Assembly: GCF_009914755.1 (NCBI RefSeq)
Contig: NC_060928.1
Direction: 5' to 3' (one strand)
Source: the human T2T-CHM13v2.0 reference genome, Homo sapiens
Length of the DNA stretch: 64,000 bases
Shown piece after piece: positions 11,936 through 24,953 of the stretch (positions are counted from its first letter, which is position 1; every line of letters begins with the position of its first letter). The position numbers and the translations under genes are program-made. Under the pieces are notes generated by a model that was not told where the DNA came from, searched no databases, and was given only the letters and a program-made list of their open reading frames with translations.

Positions 11936-14900
11936 CTACTAATTATAAAACACCTATTCACCATTCTGACATTCCAGAGACATTGTTGTAAGACTTCCAG
12001 ATAAAGGATTGATGAATTAAGGATTCACTCAACATTTCACAATAGTAATATTTTTATAGTTATAGAATTCATTCTATTCTGTGTTAATAGCTTTGTAACC
12101 AACAAGGAATTTTACCATGCTAAGTGAACCACTAGTTAGTTCATCAACAATTAGTTACAGAAATTTGAATTTGTTTTCAAGTTTATTAGCCACATCTTCA
12201 ATAACCTAAGTAGTTCATCAAGGTAACAGTTAATCATAGGTGGGTGAATTGATAATTCTTGATGGATTAATAGAAGGCAGTCTAATAAATATTGTTAAAT
12301 TATTAATATTTCTTCCAACTGAAAAATTTGTCAAGAGTGAATAAAATATCAAAGTCAAGTTAGAGTCTCCAGGAGAGCTTACGTGTTTCTTCTTTGTTCT
12401 GAAAAATTTCCCAAATGGGAAATATACATAGTACATTTTGCTGACCAGAAATGACTCTAACTTTTAAAAGTACAAATAAAACTTTGGGACCCATGGGAAA
12501 ATGACAACACCTGATTCAAAAATCACCACTTGATCAAGATTGTCTGGGAGCCAAGAGAAACCCCAATACAGGGAAAGGGTGAGAGATCCTCAGTGAGCTT
12601 CATTCTCACTCCCGGAATCTTAGCAACTGAAAAGTCCCTTGGCCCTCATGGGCCTTGCAACTAACATAGGAAGCTACTGGAAGATTCTCTGATAGCACTG
12701 CCCCAGGGAGAAAGTGCAGGCTGAGACCGTCACATTCTCTGAGACCTTAGCAACTATAGAAAAAGACCATTTTTAAACTCTACAACCAAAAGATTGTGCA
12801 TTATTAAAGATTCCAGTGGTACTGGGGCTGAGGTTTAAAAGAAGCATGAGCTACTGCTGCCAAGGTTTAGATATAAACCACCACAGGCTACCACACCAGG
12901 GGTGGAAGCACACCACAGGCCTTTGCACCACCTTTAGGATTGAGGAATGAGTAAGGTGCCATTCTAGAGCTCTGCCCCCAACAAATAGTACACTATCTCC
13001 TGGAGCCCTGCCCCACTGGGGCTGAGGCACAAGAGAAGAGCTGGCTGCTGACTCTAGGGCTTAGGCATGAGTAAAATCAGGCTACTGCACCCAGGACTGA
13101 GGCACAAGCACCACTGGGTCTGAGGTATGACTAGTGTGTGTGTTCCCTACCCACCAGTTTAGGCTGCTGTCCCTGAAGGTGGCATCACCCCCTACCCAGT
13201 GTTAGAATAGCAGCAAGACCACTGCCATCCCCAGCCTAAGCATTCTGCTGGTGGCCTGAGGATCACCTTGCCACTGCCTAAGATGGCTAGTACCTGTACA
13301 TACCATTGGCGTGGATGAGGACAAGCCAGCCCAGCCTGGCTTCACCCTTCCCCAACGTGTCAAGGCACATAGTCCAGGGACCCAGGGATTGCCCAGCCCA
13401 GATCAGCACCACTGGTACCTGAACACTTCTCCTGGGGACCTGAGGTTTTGCTGTTACTTCCATAGCTGGCAGCTGCCTGTATGCACCACCTGCATGCCTG
13501 GATACTGACCTGCCTAGCCCATTACAGCCACTGCCAACACAAGCATGCACCACTCAGGACTCCGAAAGTCATCCTGCCACCACCACTGTGATTGTCTATG
13601 CTACATTGACTGCTCAGGGGACAAAGGACCTGCCCACCTACTATTCCCATAGCTACCACTATCTGAGCCACCTAGAGCTCCAAGAATCAGCTTTCCTGAA
13701 ACTACTAACACTGGTGACAATGTATGACACTTGTGCCCTAAGGACAGGCACACAGCCTACAGCTGTCAACACTGGAGTTTACCTACCTGGTGTCCCAGTC
13801 CCCAATAAATCTGTACCAGAGCCTTTACTAATAACTGCACCTTAAGCCACTGAGAAAATCTCAGATACCAATGATGCTATTTACACACAGAAAAATGATC
13901 AAACACTACACTGTGGAATTCACCTAGAATCAAGACCAAAGTGTTCTACTCAACCAACACCATACATTCATCCTCAGGAAAAATCCCTTCCCTACAAAAG
14001 CAAATTCAAAAATTTTGATAGTGATACATCAGATGTGCAGATATCAATCTAAGGATACAATAAATATGAAAAAAATTATTACAAACAGGAGCACAATAAT
14101 TCTCCAGAAAAAGATCCTAATATTAAAAATTAGTAAAAACCCAGAAAAAGAATATAAATTATTGATTCTAAACAAGATCAGTGAGATACAAAAGAATTTT
14201 TAAAAACAATACAAATAAATCAGAAAAAAATTCAGGATATGAATGAGAAATTTACCAGAGATATAGATATTATTTAAAAAAAGAACCAACACAAAATCTG
14301 GAACTGAATAATTTATTAAATAAACTGCAAAATACATTAAAAAACATGAACAACAGTCCAAATCAAGCAAAAGAAAGAATCTCAGAACCTGAAGGTAGGT
14401 CTTTTGAAATAAGCCAGTCAGGTCTTCCCATGGCACATTATAGTAAAAAGGTCTTCCCATGGAACATTATAGTAACAATGTCTAGAGTTAATGACAAAGA
14501 GAGAATTGTAAGAACAGCAAGAGAAAAGTGTCTAGTCACCTATAAAGGAACCACCAATGGACTCATGGTGAATTTCTCAGCCAGAAACTTACAGTCCAGG
14601 AGAAGATGGCATGATTTATTCAAAGTGCTCAAAGGAAAAATAACTGTCAGCCAAGGATACTTCATTCGGAAATATTGTACTTTATGTGATGGAGAAATAA
14701 AGTATTTCCCAGACAAGCAAAAGGTGAGGGAATTTGTCACCACTGGACCAATCCTACAAGAAATATTCTAGGATGTCCTAAACATGGAAGCAAAAAGAAA
14801 ACAATCAGAATCACGAAAATACACAAAAGAATCAAACTCAATGGTTAGACAAACACACAAAAAAGAAAGAGAAAGGAATAAAATGATGCCACTATAAATA

Positions 14901-15797
14901 ACCAAAAAGCCACAATTACAAACAATAAGAGAAAAAAAAGAAATAAAAAATATGCCCCCAAAACCAGAAAATAATAATATGACATAAATAAAACCTCACA
15001 TATCAATAGTAACCTTGAATATAAATTAATTCTCCACTTAAGAGATATAGATTGCCTGAATAAATTTCAAAATATGATTCAACTATATGCTGCCTATAAG
15101 AAACTGACTTCACCTTTAAAGGCACGATTAGACTGAAAGTAAAGGGAGGAGAAAATATAGTCTATGAAAATGGAAATCAAAGTGAGCAAATGTAGCTATT
15201 AGGTAGGTGCAGAGGAAATTGTGGTTTTTGCCATAATATATTTACATCAGATGAAACAGACTTTAAACTAAAATCAGTTAAAAAAAAAAAAAAGGCAAAG
15301 AAAGTCATTATAATAATGACAAAAAATCAACCCAGTAAGAGGAGATAACAATTCTAAATATATATGTACCAACGCTGGAGAACCCAGATTTATAATTCAA
15401 ATATTCCAAGATCTAAAGAGAGAGATAGACCATAATAAAATAATAGTAATAGTGGGGAATTTCCATACTCCATTCTTAGCATTAGACAGATCATCAAGAC
15501 AGAAAATCGAGAAGAAAACATTGGATTTGAACTAGACTGTAAGCCCAATGGACCTAATAGAACTTTACAGAACATTTTACCCCGCAACTGCAGAATACAC
15601 ATTCTTTTCATCAGCACATGAAATATTCTGCAGGATAAATACTATATTAGCTCACAGAAAAAGTCTCAATAGTTTTTTTTAAAAAATCCAAATTACATCA
15701 AGTGTCTTCTCAGACAATTGAATAACATTGATAATCAATACCAAAAGGAATTTTGGGAAATACTCAAATCCATGAAAAATAAACAACGTGCTCTTGG

Positions 15798-16000
15798 ATG
15801 ACCAATGAGTCAATGAAGAAACGAAGAATGGGTCAATGGCGAAATGAAGAATGACCAATGGGTCAATGAAGAAATGCAGAATGATCAATGAGACAATGAA
15901 GAAATGAAGAATGACCAATGAGTCAATGAAGAAATGAAGAATGACCAATGGGTCAATGAAGAAATGAAGAATGACCAATGGGTCAACGAAGAAATTAAGA
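15798..16000 (+). repeat. 30-bp minisatellite (ATGACCAATGRGTCAATGAAGAAATGAAGA), 6 full units plus one 23-bp unit
   Basis: Units start at 15798, 15828 (short), 15851, 15881, 15911, 15941 and 15971. Confidence 0.95.
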
Positions 16001-16116
16001 TTGAAAATATTCAAATACATGAAAAATAAACAGTATGTTCCTGAATGACTACTGGGTCAATGAAGACATTAAGATGGGTAAATGATGAAATATAAGATTA
16101 CGAAATTAAGAAATTT

Positions 16117-16408
16117 GGCCAGGCATGGTGGTTCACATGTGTAATCCCAACACTTTGGGAGGCTGAGACGGGCAGGTTGCTTCAGTCCAGGTGTTCGAGA
16201 CCAGCCTGGGCAACATGGTGAAACCCCATCTCTACCAAAAATACACAAATTAGCCAAGTGTGGTGGCACCCATCTGTAGTCCCAGCTACTCAGGAGACTG
16301 ATGTGGAAGGAAGGCTTAAGCCCAGGAAGTCAAGGCTGGAGTGAGCCAAGATCGTGCCACTGCACACCAGCCCAGGTGACAAAGTGAGACCCGGTCTCAA
16401 AAAAAAAG
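16117..16408 (+). mobile_element. Alu, full length (AluJ)
   Basis: J-type positions (GGGCAACATGG, GCCCAGGAAGTCAAGGCTG); TSD AATTAAGAAATT at 16104-16115 and 16410-16421. Confidence 0.95.
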
Positions 16409-17112
16409 TAATTAAGAAATTAAATTTAAAAAATTCTTAAAACAAATGAAATGGAAACAAAACATATTAAAACCTGTGGGATACAAGAGAAGCAGTAGTA
16501 AGAAACAAGTATATAGCAATAAATGCCTCCATCAAAAGAGTGGAAAGTTTCTAATAAATAATCTAATCATGTACCTCAGAGAAAACTACAGGCCTATATC
16601 CTTGAGAAACATAGAAGCAAAAATCTTCAGCAAAGTACTAGCAAACTGAATTCAATAGCACCTCAAAAGACATTACAGTAAGATTAAGTGACAATTTTAG
16701 TAGGGATACAAGGATGATTTAACATATGCAAAACTAAATGTGATAAACCAAATAAAGATAATTAAAGACAAAAACTATATAATCATTTCAATCGAGGCAG
16801 GAAAAGTATTTGATAAGCACCCCTTCATAATAAAAACTCAACAAACTAGGCATATAAAGAACATATACCATAAAGGCCATATATGAGAAACCAACAGCTA
16901 GCATCATATTGAATGAGAAAAAGTTGAAAGTTCTTCCTCAAAGTAACTTGGTTAGTTCTATGCTTCCTCACATTCTTCAATATGGTTACATTATTCATAT
17001 GTAGCCCAGGTGCTTTCATATGTGACATTTTAGCTTCCTCTCATACACTGCTTGAGTTTTCATCCTGAGATAGTGCAGTTCATACAAATGCCAATTTACG
17101 TTTGTAGAGCAA

Positions 17113-17159
17113 ATGGATGGATGGAAAGATGGATGGCTGGATGGATGGGCAGATGGATG
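17113..17159. repeat. Imperfect (GGAT)n
   Basis: Seen directly. Confidence 0.8.
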
Positions 17160-17281
17160 TAAAAGTATTTTCAAGAAAGCTTCTCTATCATGTCTCTCAG
17201 ATCATATGCTTATTTTGGTGATTAACAGATATGTTTTAACACAGACTTTAAAGATTATTGTGCATAAATGATCTCTCAGTA

Positions 17282-17325
17282 GTGTGTGTGTGTTTGTGTG
17301 TGTGCTTGTGTTTGTGTGAGAGAGG
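17282..17325. repeat. Imperfect (TG)n then (GA)n
   Basis: Seen directly. Confidence 0.8.
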
Positions 17326-17771
17326 GAGATGGGTGGGGGGGAGTGAGAGACAGGAGAATGCAGAAGATGGAGAGAGAAGAATACTTCAGATTCTGGTGTT
17401 TTTCTTTTTTATTGTATCCTCTGGCCAAGTGCACCTCGGCTTTTTTTATTGCCTGTTTCTTGAGAACATGAAAGTATTTTTCACATAGCATACCAATTCA
17501 TTTGTCCTTTTGGAAAGAGTCAAGCTCTGATAGAGAGTTGACTGTTGCTATGTTCCTGGCTTAGTTCTCCATATTAAACTTCTTACTGACATAATAAAAT
17601 ACATTTTTTCCTGAATATAAATGGCAACATTCAATAACTTCAGTTGCCAGCAAAGACAAATTTTGAATGTGAAATGCTGGCTGAGCAAATAATAGATTCA
17701 TTTTGCTGCTTCATGGCCTAGACACTCAAAGCTTGTCAGGAGAGTAGAAATTCAGATACAGCAAGAAGAAT

Positions 17772-17905
17772 GTGAGGGGAAGAATGTGAGGCACTTGCCT
17801 CAGTCATGAGATTTGAAAAAGGAAAAGTATACTTAGTAATTGATGTAAATAATATCTTAATTTAATAACACTGAATGTTCCATTTACCCGAGGCTCAAAC
17901 ATAGT
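17772..17905 (+). mobile_element. MER96-like non-autonomous DNA transposon, short form
   Basis: GTGAGGCACTTGCCTCAG...CTTAGTAATTGATGTAAATAATATCTTAAT...CCGAGGCTC resembles recalled MER96. Confidence 0.5.
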
Positions 17906-17914
17906 TAATCAAGT

Positions 17915-18110
17915 TCCTGTTGCTGATCTAATCAGGGTCTAAATTTTTAATATTTTGTTCATTATGAATTATTGTAAATTAATTTTAATGTTTAAAATAT
18001 TGCATTAAATGTAATTTATCTTGAATGCTGAGTTTTCGAGGTATCCCCTTAAATTTTGCCCCAGAGGTAAGTTTCTCATCTAACTCACTTGCCTGACTAG
18101 CACAGCCCTG
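17915..18110 (-). mobile_element. MER96B-like DNA transposon, 5' part
   Basis: Reverse complement reads CAGGGCTGTGCTAG...GGCAAAATTTAAGGGGATACCTCGAAAACTCAGCATTCAAGATAAAT...AATGCAATATTTTAAA. Confidence 0.65.
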
Positions 18111-18158
18111 CCAGGAGCCTTCCTTTTTTATGTACTTGATAATTATAAGATAATCCAG

Positions 18159-18212
18159 AGTGTGTGTGTGTTTGTATGTGTGTTTGTGTGTGTGTGTGTA
18201 CACACATACACA
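18159..18212. repeat. (TG)n switching to (CA)n
   Basis: Seen directly: GTGTGTGTGTACACACATACAC. Confidence 0.85.
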
Positions 18213-21200
18213 GGTAAGACTAAAGGAGAATATCAACATAAACTAACATAGTTTGTCTCCTAATAAACTATTTCTTCTTACAGAATATATCAGAATATCA
18301 AACATTTACAAAATATTTGAGTCAATTCTTTCAATAACAAATAGCATAAATCACAGTACCCAAAATCAAATAAAAATTATAAAAGAAAATTTCTTAGGCT
18401 TTTGTAACTTTTTTGGCAGAAACATATGAGAATTCTATTACAGAAGTGAAGACATTAATTATAGATTTCTTGTCAGGAGAGATGAATGCATGTCTAACAA
18501 TGATGTAAGAGGGGTTCTGCATTAGCCAGTTCTCTTATCCTATTCTTCAGAGATTTTCTTTTAAGTTTTACATTATTAATGATAAAAAGAATACAAATCC
18601 CTGGCTGCCCAGATTGCTAAATCTTACTTTAAATACCACCTAGATACTTTGAAATCTCAAGTGTCTTATGATTAATATCATTTTCTTTTACAGTAAATTA
18701 AGAAGTTGATACTGATCCATTCTGCTTCATTCTGCCCCAGGTTCCCACCTTGTGATCCAACAATCTTGCCTTAAATAAAATTATGTTTACCCCTACTAAA
18801 TTGGCTACAACTAAATATGTAGAGAAAAAAGTCATTTTCTTATAGGCCTATTGTCTATCAATTTTATGTAACTGAGACAGCATTTCCTCTGATTCATTCC
18901 AATACTTAAGACCTTTAATTTCCATTTTAAAACAAAATGAAAATAAAGTGCTGCCCTTAAAAAAGTGTTTTCTAAATTGTTATTAAATGGGAATAGTACA
19001 ATATCCACATCACATGACACCTGAACATCACAGAAAATGGCAGTTTGGAAGCTCAAGAAGTTGTTCCCTCTACTGAGACAACTATTGAGCTAGCAAGAAC
19101 TGTGAAGTAACAATTCTGGAATTTTAGAGTATAATTGAATACTTGCAGGATGCCAGGGATTGCTTGATGAGGAACACTCAGAAATATCAATGAATTTTGA
19201 GCTTCCTATTCTGGCTACCATACCCCATCTCCAGCCCTATGGAGATGTCAGGCCACACTGTAGTGTGACACACTGGTGTCAGGGTGAGAAAAGGAATTTA
19301 TCCTCCAAGAGTCGAGGTTTTGAATTTTGATTGCTGCTATTGATTGTGAAGATGCTGATACAGATGCAGACCACTAGTTTTTCATATGGGTTGAAGGAGT
19401 CATTGGCAGGAGGGAATTTAAAGAGACAGACACTCTTATTTAAATTTTTCTTTTTCTTACTTGATAAGTATTTAAAGAAATCAGGTTATTTGCTGACTGA
19501 GGACACAGCACAACTGAGGCTTCAGTGGACCACACACAAGAGAAGCATAGCCTTTCCAAAAGTGGTTTGGAAAACTCACTAAACAAATTGACAATTTGAG
19601 CATTCATCAGTTAACAACAGTGATCCTAGGAGAGGGGGAAAATTCTGATGTCCAATGTTACCACATTACAATATTCAAAATGTTCAGTTCTCAATACAAA
19701 AATTATAATGCATACAAAAATCATGAAATTATGAAATTATGACTCCTTCTAGTAGAAAAACAAATAAACCATCCATGAGAAGTTCAGACATTGAATCTAC
19801 TGGATAAAAACCTTAAATTATCTGTCTTAAGTATGCTCAAAGGTATGAAGGAAACCACAGACAGAGAAGCAAAGAAATTAAGAGAAAAATAAATAGGCAT
19901 CTAGGGAATATTAATAGATGATATTATAAAAAGGAGCAAAGTAATACTTCTGGAATTGAAGAGTACACTATTCCGATAAATTTTCACTGGACTTGTTCAA
20001 AAACAGTTTTAAGCAGGCAGAAGACAGAAGCAGAGGATTTACATGTAAGACAAATGAAATGATCAGTATAAGAATTCAAAAAAAAAGAATAAAAGAAAAA
20101 AGAATTAAAAAAAAACTTAGCCTAAGGAACTTATGGGACACTATCAAGGGTACCAACATATGTATTGTGGAATTTCCAGAATGAGATTAGAAATAGAAAG
20201 TGTAGAAAAGAATATTTGAAGAAAAAATGGAAGGGAAATTCTCAAATTGTATGATGGATGCCAATGTGCACATGCAAGAAGCTCAAAAAATTCCTAGGAT
20301 AAACTCAAAGAGATCCACACCAAGACACACTGTCAAAATTCAAGCACAAAGAGAATTTTGAAAGCAATGAGACAGAAGCAATGCTTCATAGGCAAGGGAC
20401 CCTCAATTAGATTAACAGCTGATATATCATCAGAAACAATGGAAGACAGAGGGCAGTGGGATGATACACTTAAAGTGATAATTTAAAAAAAAACCTGTCA
20501 AACAAGAACTATATATCTGGTAAAATGGTCCTTCAGAAGTAAAAGAGAAATTAATATATTCCAAGTAAAAGATAAGAAAATTTACCATTAGAAATGCCCT
20601 ACAGAGAATGCTTCAGGCTGAAATGAAGCAACTCAAACCAATATGAAGAAATTGTAAGATTAGGGGCAAAGCTAACTGCACATGTAAATATAAAACTAGC
20701 TTCACTGTATTTTTGTATACAACTTTTTTTTCTGCTATATGTTTCAACAGACCTACAGATGAAATGACAATGGCCAATCTATATTAATGGGCACAAAATG
20801 TATAAAGATGTGATTTGTGACAATAATAGTGCTAAGGAAGGAATGATGTTGGACAGAAGGAAAGTTAATATAAGTTATTAAAGTTAAATTATTATAATTC
20901 AAACTAGATTGTTATAAATGTAGGATATTAGCAGTAATCCCCATGGTAACCCCTACAAAAATAACTAAAATTATGCCAAAAGGAAATAAAGAGGGAATCA
21001 AAATGTTACAGTAGAAAACATCAATCAAATGAAAAAGATAATATTAGAGAAATTGAGGAAACAGAAAATGTATAAGAAATATAAAAGACACATACTAAAA
21101 TGACAGAAGCAAGTTCTTCATTATCATTATTTACTTTAAATCTGATTGTATTAAACTCATGAGTTAAAAGAGAGATTAACAGAAAGAATAAAGAATATAC

Positions 21201-21857
21201 TTCAACAATGTGTAGCTTACAAGAGATTCACTTTTGATTGAGAAACACAAATAGGCTGAAAGTGAATGAATGGAAAAATATATTTATGCAAATGATAACT
21301 AAAAGAGTCAGGGCTATATCGATATCAAAAAAAGGAGTTTTTAAATAAAAAATTGTAATGGTTTTAACTAAAAATGACATTTTTATTTATAAAAAGTTCA
21401 ATTCATCAATAAGATATGACAATTGTATACATCTACATACCAAACTACAGAAATATGAAGTAAACATTTAGAATGGGAGCCCAGTACACATTCAGACAGA
21501 ATTGAGGGAAGAAATAGAAGGCTCTTTAATAATGGTTGGGGCCTTCAATACCCTCACTGTTAATGATTTACAGGCAATCTGGACAGAAGATCAATAAGGA
21601 AATAAAAGATTTAAACAACCCTATAAACCAATCTGATCAAATGTACACTAGGCCCATCTGCAAGGAGATTGGATCAGTTATCAAACCTCCCAAAAACGAA
21701 AAATCCAGGACCAAATAACTTTGTAGGCGAATTTTCCCAAACGTTCTAAAAAGTATTAACAACAGTTCTACTCAAACTCTTTCAATAATTAAAGAGGAGG
21801 AAACACTTTCTACCACATTCTCTGAGGCCAGAATTACCCAGATGCCAGAGCCAGATG

Positions 21858-21961
21858 AAAACATTTTAAGAAAACTACAGAAGATCAATATCCCTTATAA
21901 ATATAGACAAAAACATTATAAGAAAACTCCATAAGATCCAAATCCCTTATAAATATAGACA
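21858..21961 (+). repeat. 52-bp tandem duplication within L1 ORF2
   Basis: 21858-21909 vs 21910-21961, 5 mismatches. Confidence 0.9.
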
Positions 21962-22084
21962 AAAAATTTTTCAACAAAATATAAGCAAACTGAATCAAAC
22001 AAAATATTACATTGATTACACACTATGACTAAATGGGATTTATCAAAAAATGTAATGTTATTTCAATAAAATAAAATCCTTTAC

Positions 22085-24306
22085 TGTATGCCCATAATTC
22101 CCATTTGTTTTGGAAGGGAACTGGTGGGAGGTAATTGAATCATGGGAGCAGTTTTTCCCATACTGTTCTCATGATAGTGAATAAGGTTCACGAGATCTGA
22201 TGGTTTTAAAAAGGGGAGTTTCCCTGTACAATCTATCTTCTCTTGTCTGCTGCCATATGAGAGGTGCCTTTCGCCTTCTGCCATAATTGTGAGGCTTCCC
22301 AGCCATGTGGAACTGTATGTCCAATAAACCTCTTTCTTTTGTAAACTGCCCAGTCTTGGGTATATCTTTATCAGCAGCATGAAAATGGACTAATACAGTA
22401 AATTGGTACCAGGAGTGGGACACTGCTGAAAAGATACCCCAAAATGTGTAAGCAACTTTGGAACGGGGTAACAAGCAGAGGTTGGAACAATTTGGAGGGC
22501 TCAGAAGAAGACAGGAAAATGTGGAAAAGTTTGGAACTCCTTAGAGACTTGTTGAATGGCTTTGATCAAAATGTTGATAATGATATGGACAATGAAATCC
22601 AGGCTGAGCTCATCTCAGATGGAGATGAGGAACTTGTTGGGAACTGGAGCAAAGGTGACTCTTGTTATGTTTTAGCAAAGAGACTGGCAGCGTTTTGCCC
22701 CTGACCTGGAGATCTATGAAACTTCAAGCTTGAGAGATATGATTTAGGGTATCTGGTGGAAGAAATTTCTAAGCAGCAAAGCATCCAAGAGGTGACTTGG
22801 ATGTTGTTAAAGGTATTCAGTTTTATAAGGGAAGGACAGCATAAAAGTTCAGAAAATTTGCAGACTGACAATGTGATGGAAAGAAAATCCCATTTTTGGA
22901 GGAGAAATTCAAGCCAGCTGTAGAAATTTGCATAAGTAATGAGGATTCGAATGTTAATCTTCAAGACAATGGGGAAAATGTCTTCAGGGAACCTCAGAAG
23001 GCTTCATGGCAGCCCCCCCATCACAGGCCCAGAGGCCTAGGAGGAAAAAACGGTTTCATAGGCAAGGCCCAGGGTCCCCCTATTGTACACAGCCTAGAGA
23101 CTTGGTACTCTGCATCCCAGCCACTCCAGCCATGATTAAAAGGGGCCAAGGTACAGCTCGGGCTGTTGCTTTAGAGGATGGAAGCCCCAAGCCTTGGCAG
23201 CTTCCACATGGTATTGAGTCTGTGAGTGCACAGAAGTCAAGAATTAGAGTTTGGGAATATCCGTCTAGATTTCAGAGGATTTATCGAAAAGCCTAGATGC
23301 CCAGGCAGAAGTTTGCTACAGGAACAGGGCCCTAATGGAGAACCTCTGCAAGGGCAGTTCAGAAGGGAGATGTGGGGTCGGAGCCCCTACACAGAGTCTC
23401 TACTGGGGCACTGCCTAGTGGAGCTATGAGAAGAGGGCCACCATCCTCCAGACCCCAGAATGGTAGATCCACTGGCAGCTGGCACTGTGCACCTGGAAGA
23501 GCCACAGCCACTCAACACCAGCCAATGAGAGCAGCTAGAAAAGCCACAGGTGTGGATCTGCCCAAGGCCATGGGAGCCCACCCCTTGCATCAGTGTGACC
23601 TGGAGGTAAAACATGGATTCAAAGGAGATCATTTTGGAGCTTTAAGATCTGACTGCCTTGCTGGATTTCAGACTTGCATTGGGCCTGTAGACTTTTTGTT
23701 TAGGCCAATTTCTCTTATTTGGAATGGCTGTATTTACCCAATGCCTGTACCCCCATTGTATCCATGAAGTAGCTAACTTGCTTTTGATTTCGCAGACTCG
23801 TAGGCAGAAGAGACTTGCCTTGTCTCAGGTGACACTTTGGACTATGAACTTTTGAGTTAATGCTGAAATGAGTTAAGACTTTGAGGGACTGTTGGGAAGT
23901 TGTGATTGGTTTTGAAATGTGAGGACATGAGATTTGGGAGGGTCCAGGGGTGACATGGTATGGTTTGGCTCTGTGTCCCCTCCCAAATCTCATCTTGAAT
24001 TTTAATCCCATAATTCCCATGAGTTGTGGAAAGGACTCAGTAGGAGAATCATGGGGGCAGTTTCTCCCACACATTTCTTGTGATAGTGAATAAATCTCAT
24101 TAAATCTGATGGTTTTAAAAAGGGGAGCTTCCCTGCACAAGCTATCTTCTTGCGTCTGCTGCCATGTGAGATGTGCCTTTTGCCTTCTGCCATGATTGTG
24201 AGGCCTCCCTAGCCATGTGGAACTGTAAGTCCAATAAATCTCTTTTTTTATAAACTGCCTAGTCTTGGGTATGTCCTTATCAGCAGCATGAAAACAGACT
24301 AATACA
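22085..24306 (+). mobile_element. THE1 (THE1A/B-type) MaLR provirus, LTR-internal-LTR
   Basis: 5'LTR 22085-22397 (ends GACTAATACA), internal 22398-23955 (starts GTAAATTGGTACCAG), 3'LTR 23956-24306 (TGGTATGGTTTGGCT...GACTAATACA). Confidence 0.95.
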
Positions 24307-24953
24307 CCTTTATTAATAGAAAGAAGAAAAATTAAACAAGTGATAATCCCAGTCAATGTAGAAAAAGAATTTGACAAAATTCAACTCCACTTAATAAAAT
24401 AGTCTGCAAACTAGTAATGGATGGAAACTTCTTTAACATGATAAAAAAATTTTAAAAATTATAAAAAATTCACAGTTAACATTGTAGTTAACCATAATAA
24501 TTTGAAACTTTTCCTTTAAAATTAGGCACATTTTACTTACGCTATTCAACATTGTAACTGAAGTACCAGCAGAGAAATTACACAAGAGAAATAAATAAAA
24601 GTCACCCAGATTGGAAACAAAGAGAAAAAATTATCTCTAATTATAGATGGCATAACTAATAGAATACACAAAAACTACTAGAGCTAATAGTCAAATTGAG
24701 AAAATTTGCATGGTTCAAGATTAACATACAAAAATCAGCCATGCTTCTAAATAGCAACAATATACAAGCCAAAAGAGAAATTAACAAAGCATTTATAATA
24801 GCATTCAAAAGAGCAAAATGCTTACTAATAAATTTAACCAAGGAAGTGAAAGACATAATGAAAACTACAATCATTGCTGAAAGAAATTCTCAGTTCTAAA
24901 TAAATGGAACAATATTTTATGTTCATAGATTAGAAGGCAATATTAGTAAAATG

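Larger units (their letters stand above)
12480..16945 (+). mobile_element. Old L1 (L1M/L1MA-type): 5'UTR, ORF1 and 5' part of ORF2, internally deleted, 3' part missing
   Basis: GC-richer 5'UTR 12.5-13.9 kb; ORF1 remnant (QAKERISEPEGRSFEI, FPDKQKVREFVTTGPILQEI); ORF2 EN and RT remnants (ENYRPISLRNIEAKIFSKVLAN); interrupted by an AluJ. Confidence 0.9.

Noticed and set aside
12550-13850. GC-richer region as a host promoter or CpG island
   Set aside because: Almost no CpGs; it is the decayed 5'UTR of the L1 whose ORF1 follows.
14346-14771. 141-aa ORF as a domesticated ORF1 (L1TD1-like)
   Set aside because: Internally deleted ORF1 remnant; flanking ORF1 and ORF2 sequence is full of stops.
15798-16000. 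CRISPR-like array
   Set aside because: Head-to-tail units with no unique spacers, L1-derived, in primate DNA with no cas genes.
15679-16020. 113-aa ORF with repeated DPLVILHFFI units, membrane-protein-like
   Set aside because: Antisense translation of the 30-bp minisatellite.
18159-18212. (TG)n(CA)n hairpin or Z-DNA element
   Set aside because: Short, interrupted, common microsatellite; no support for function.
23715-24377. 220-aa minus-strand ORF, the longest in the track
   Set aside because: Antisense reading of the THE1 LTR and internal region; no protein-family features.
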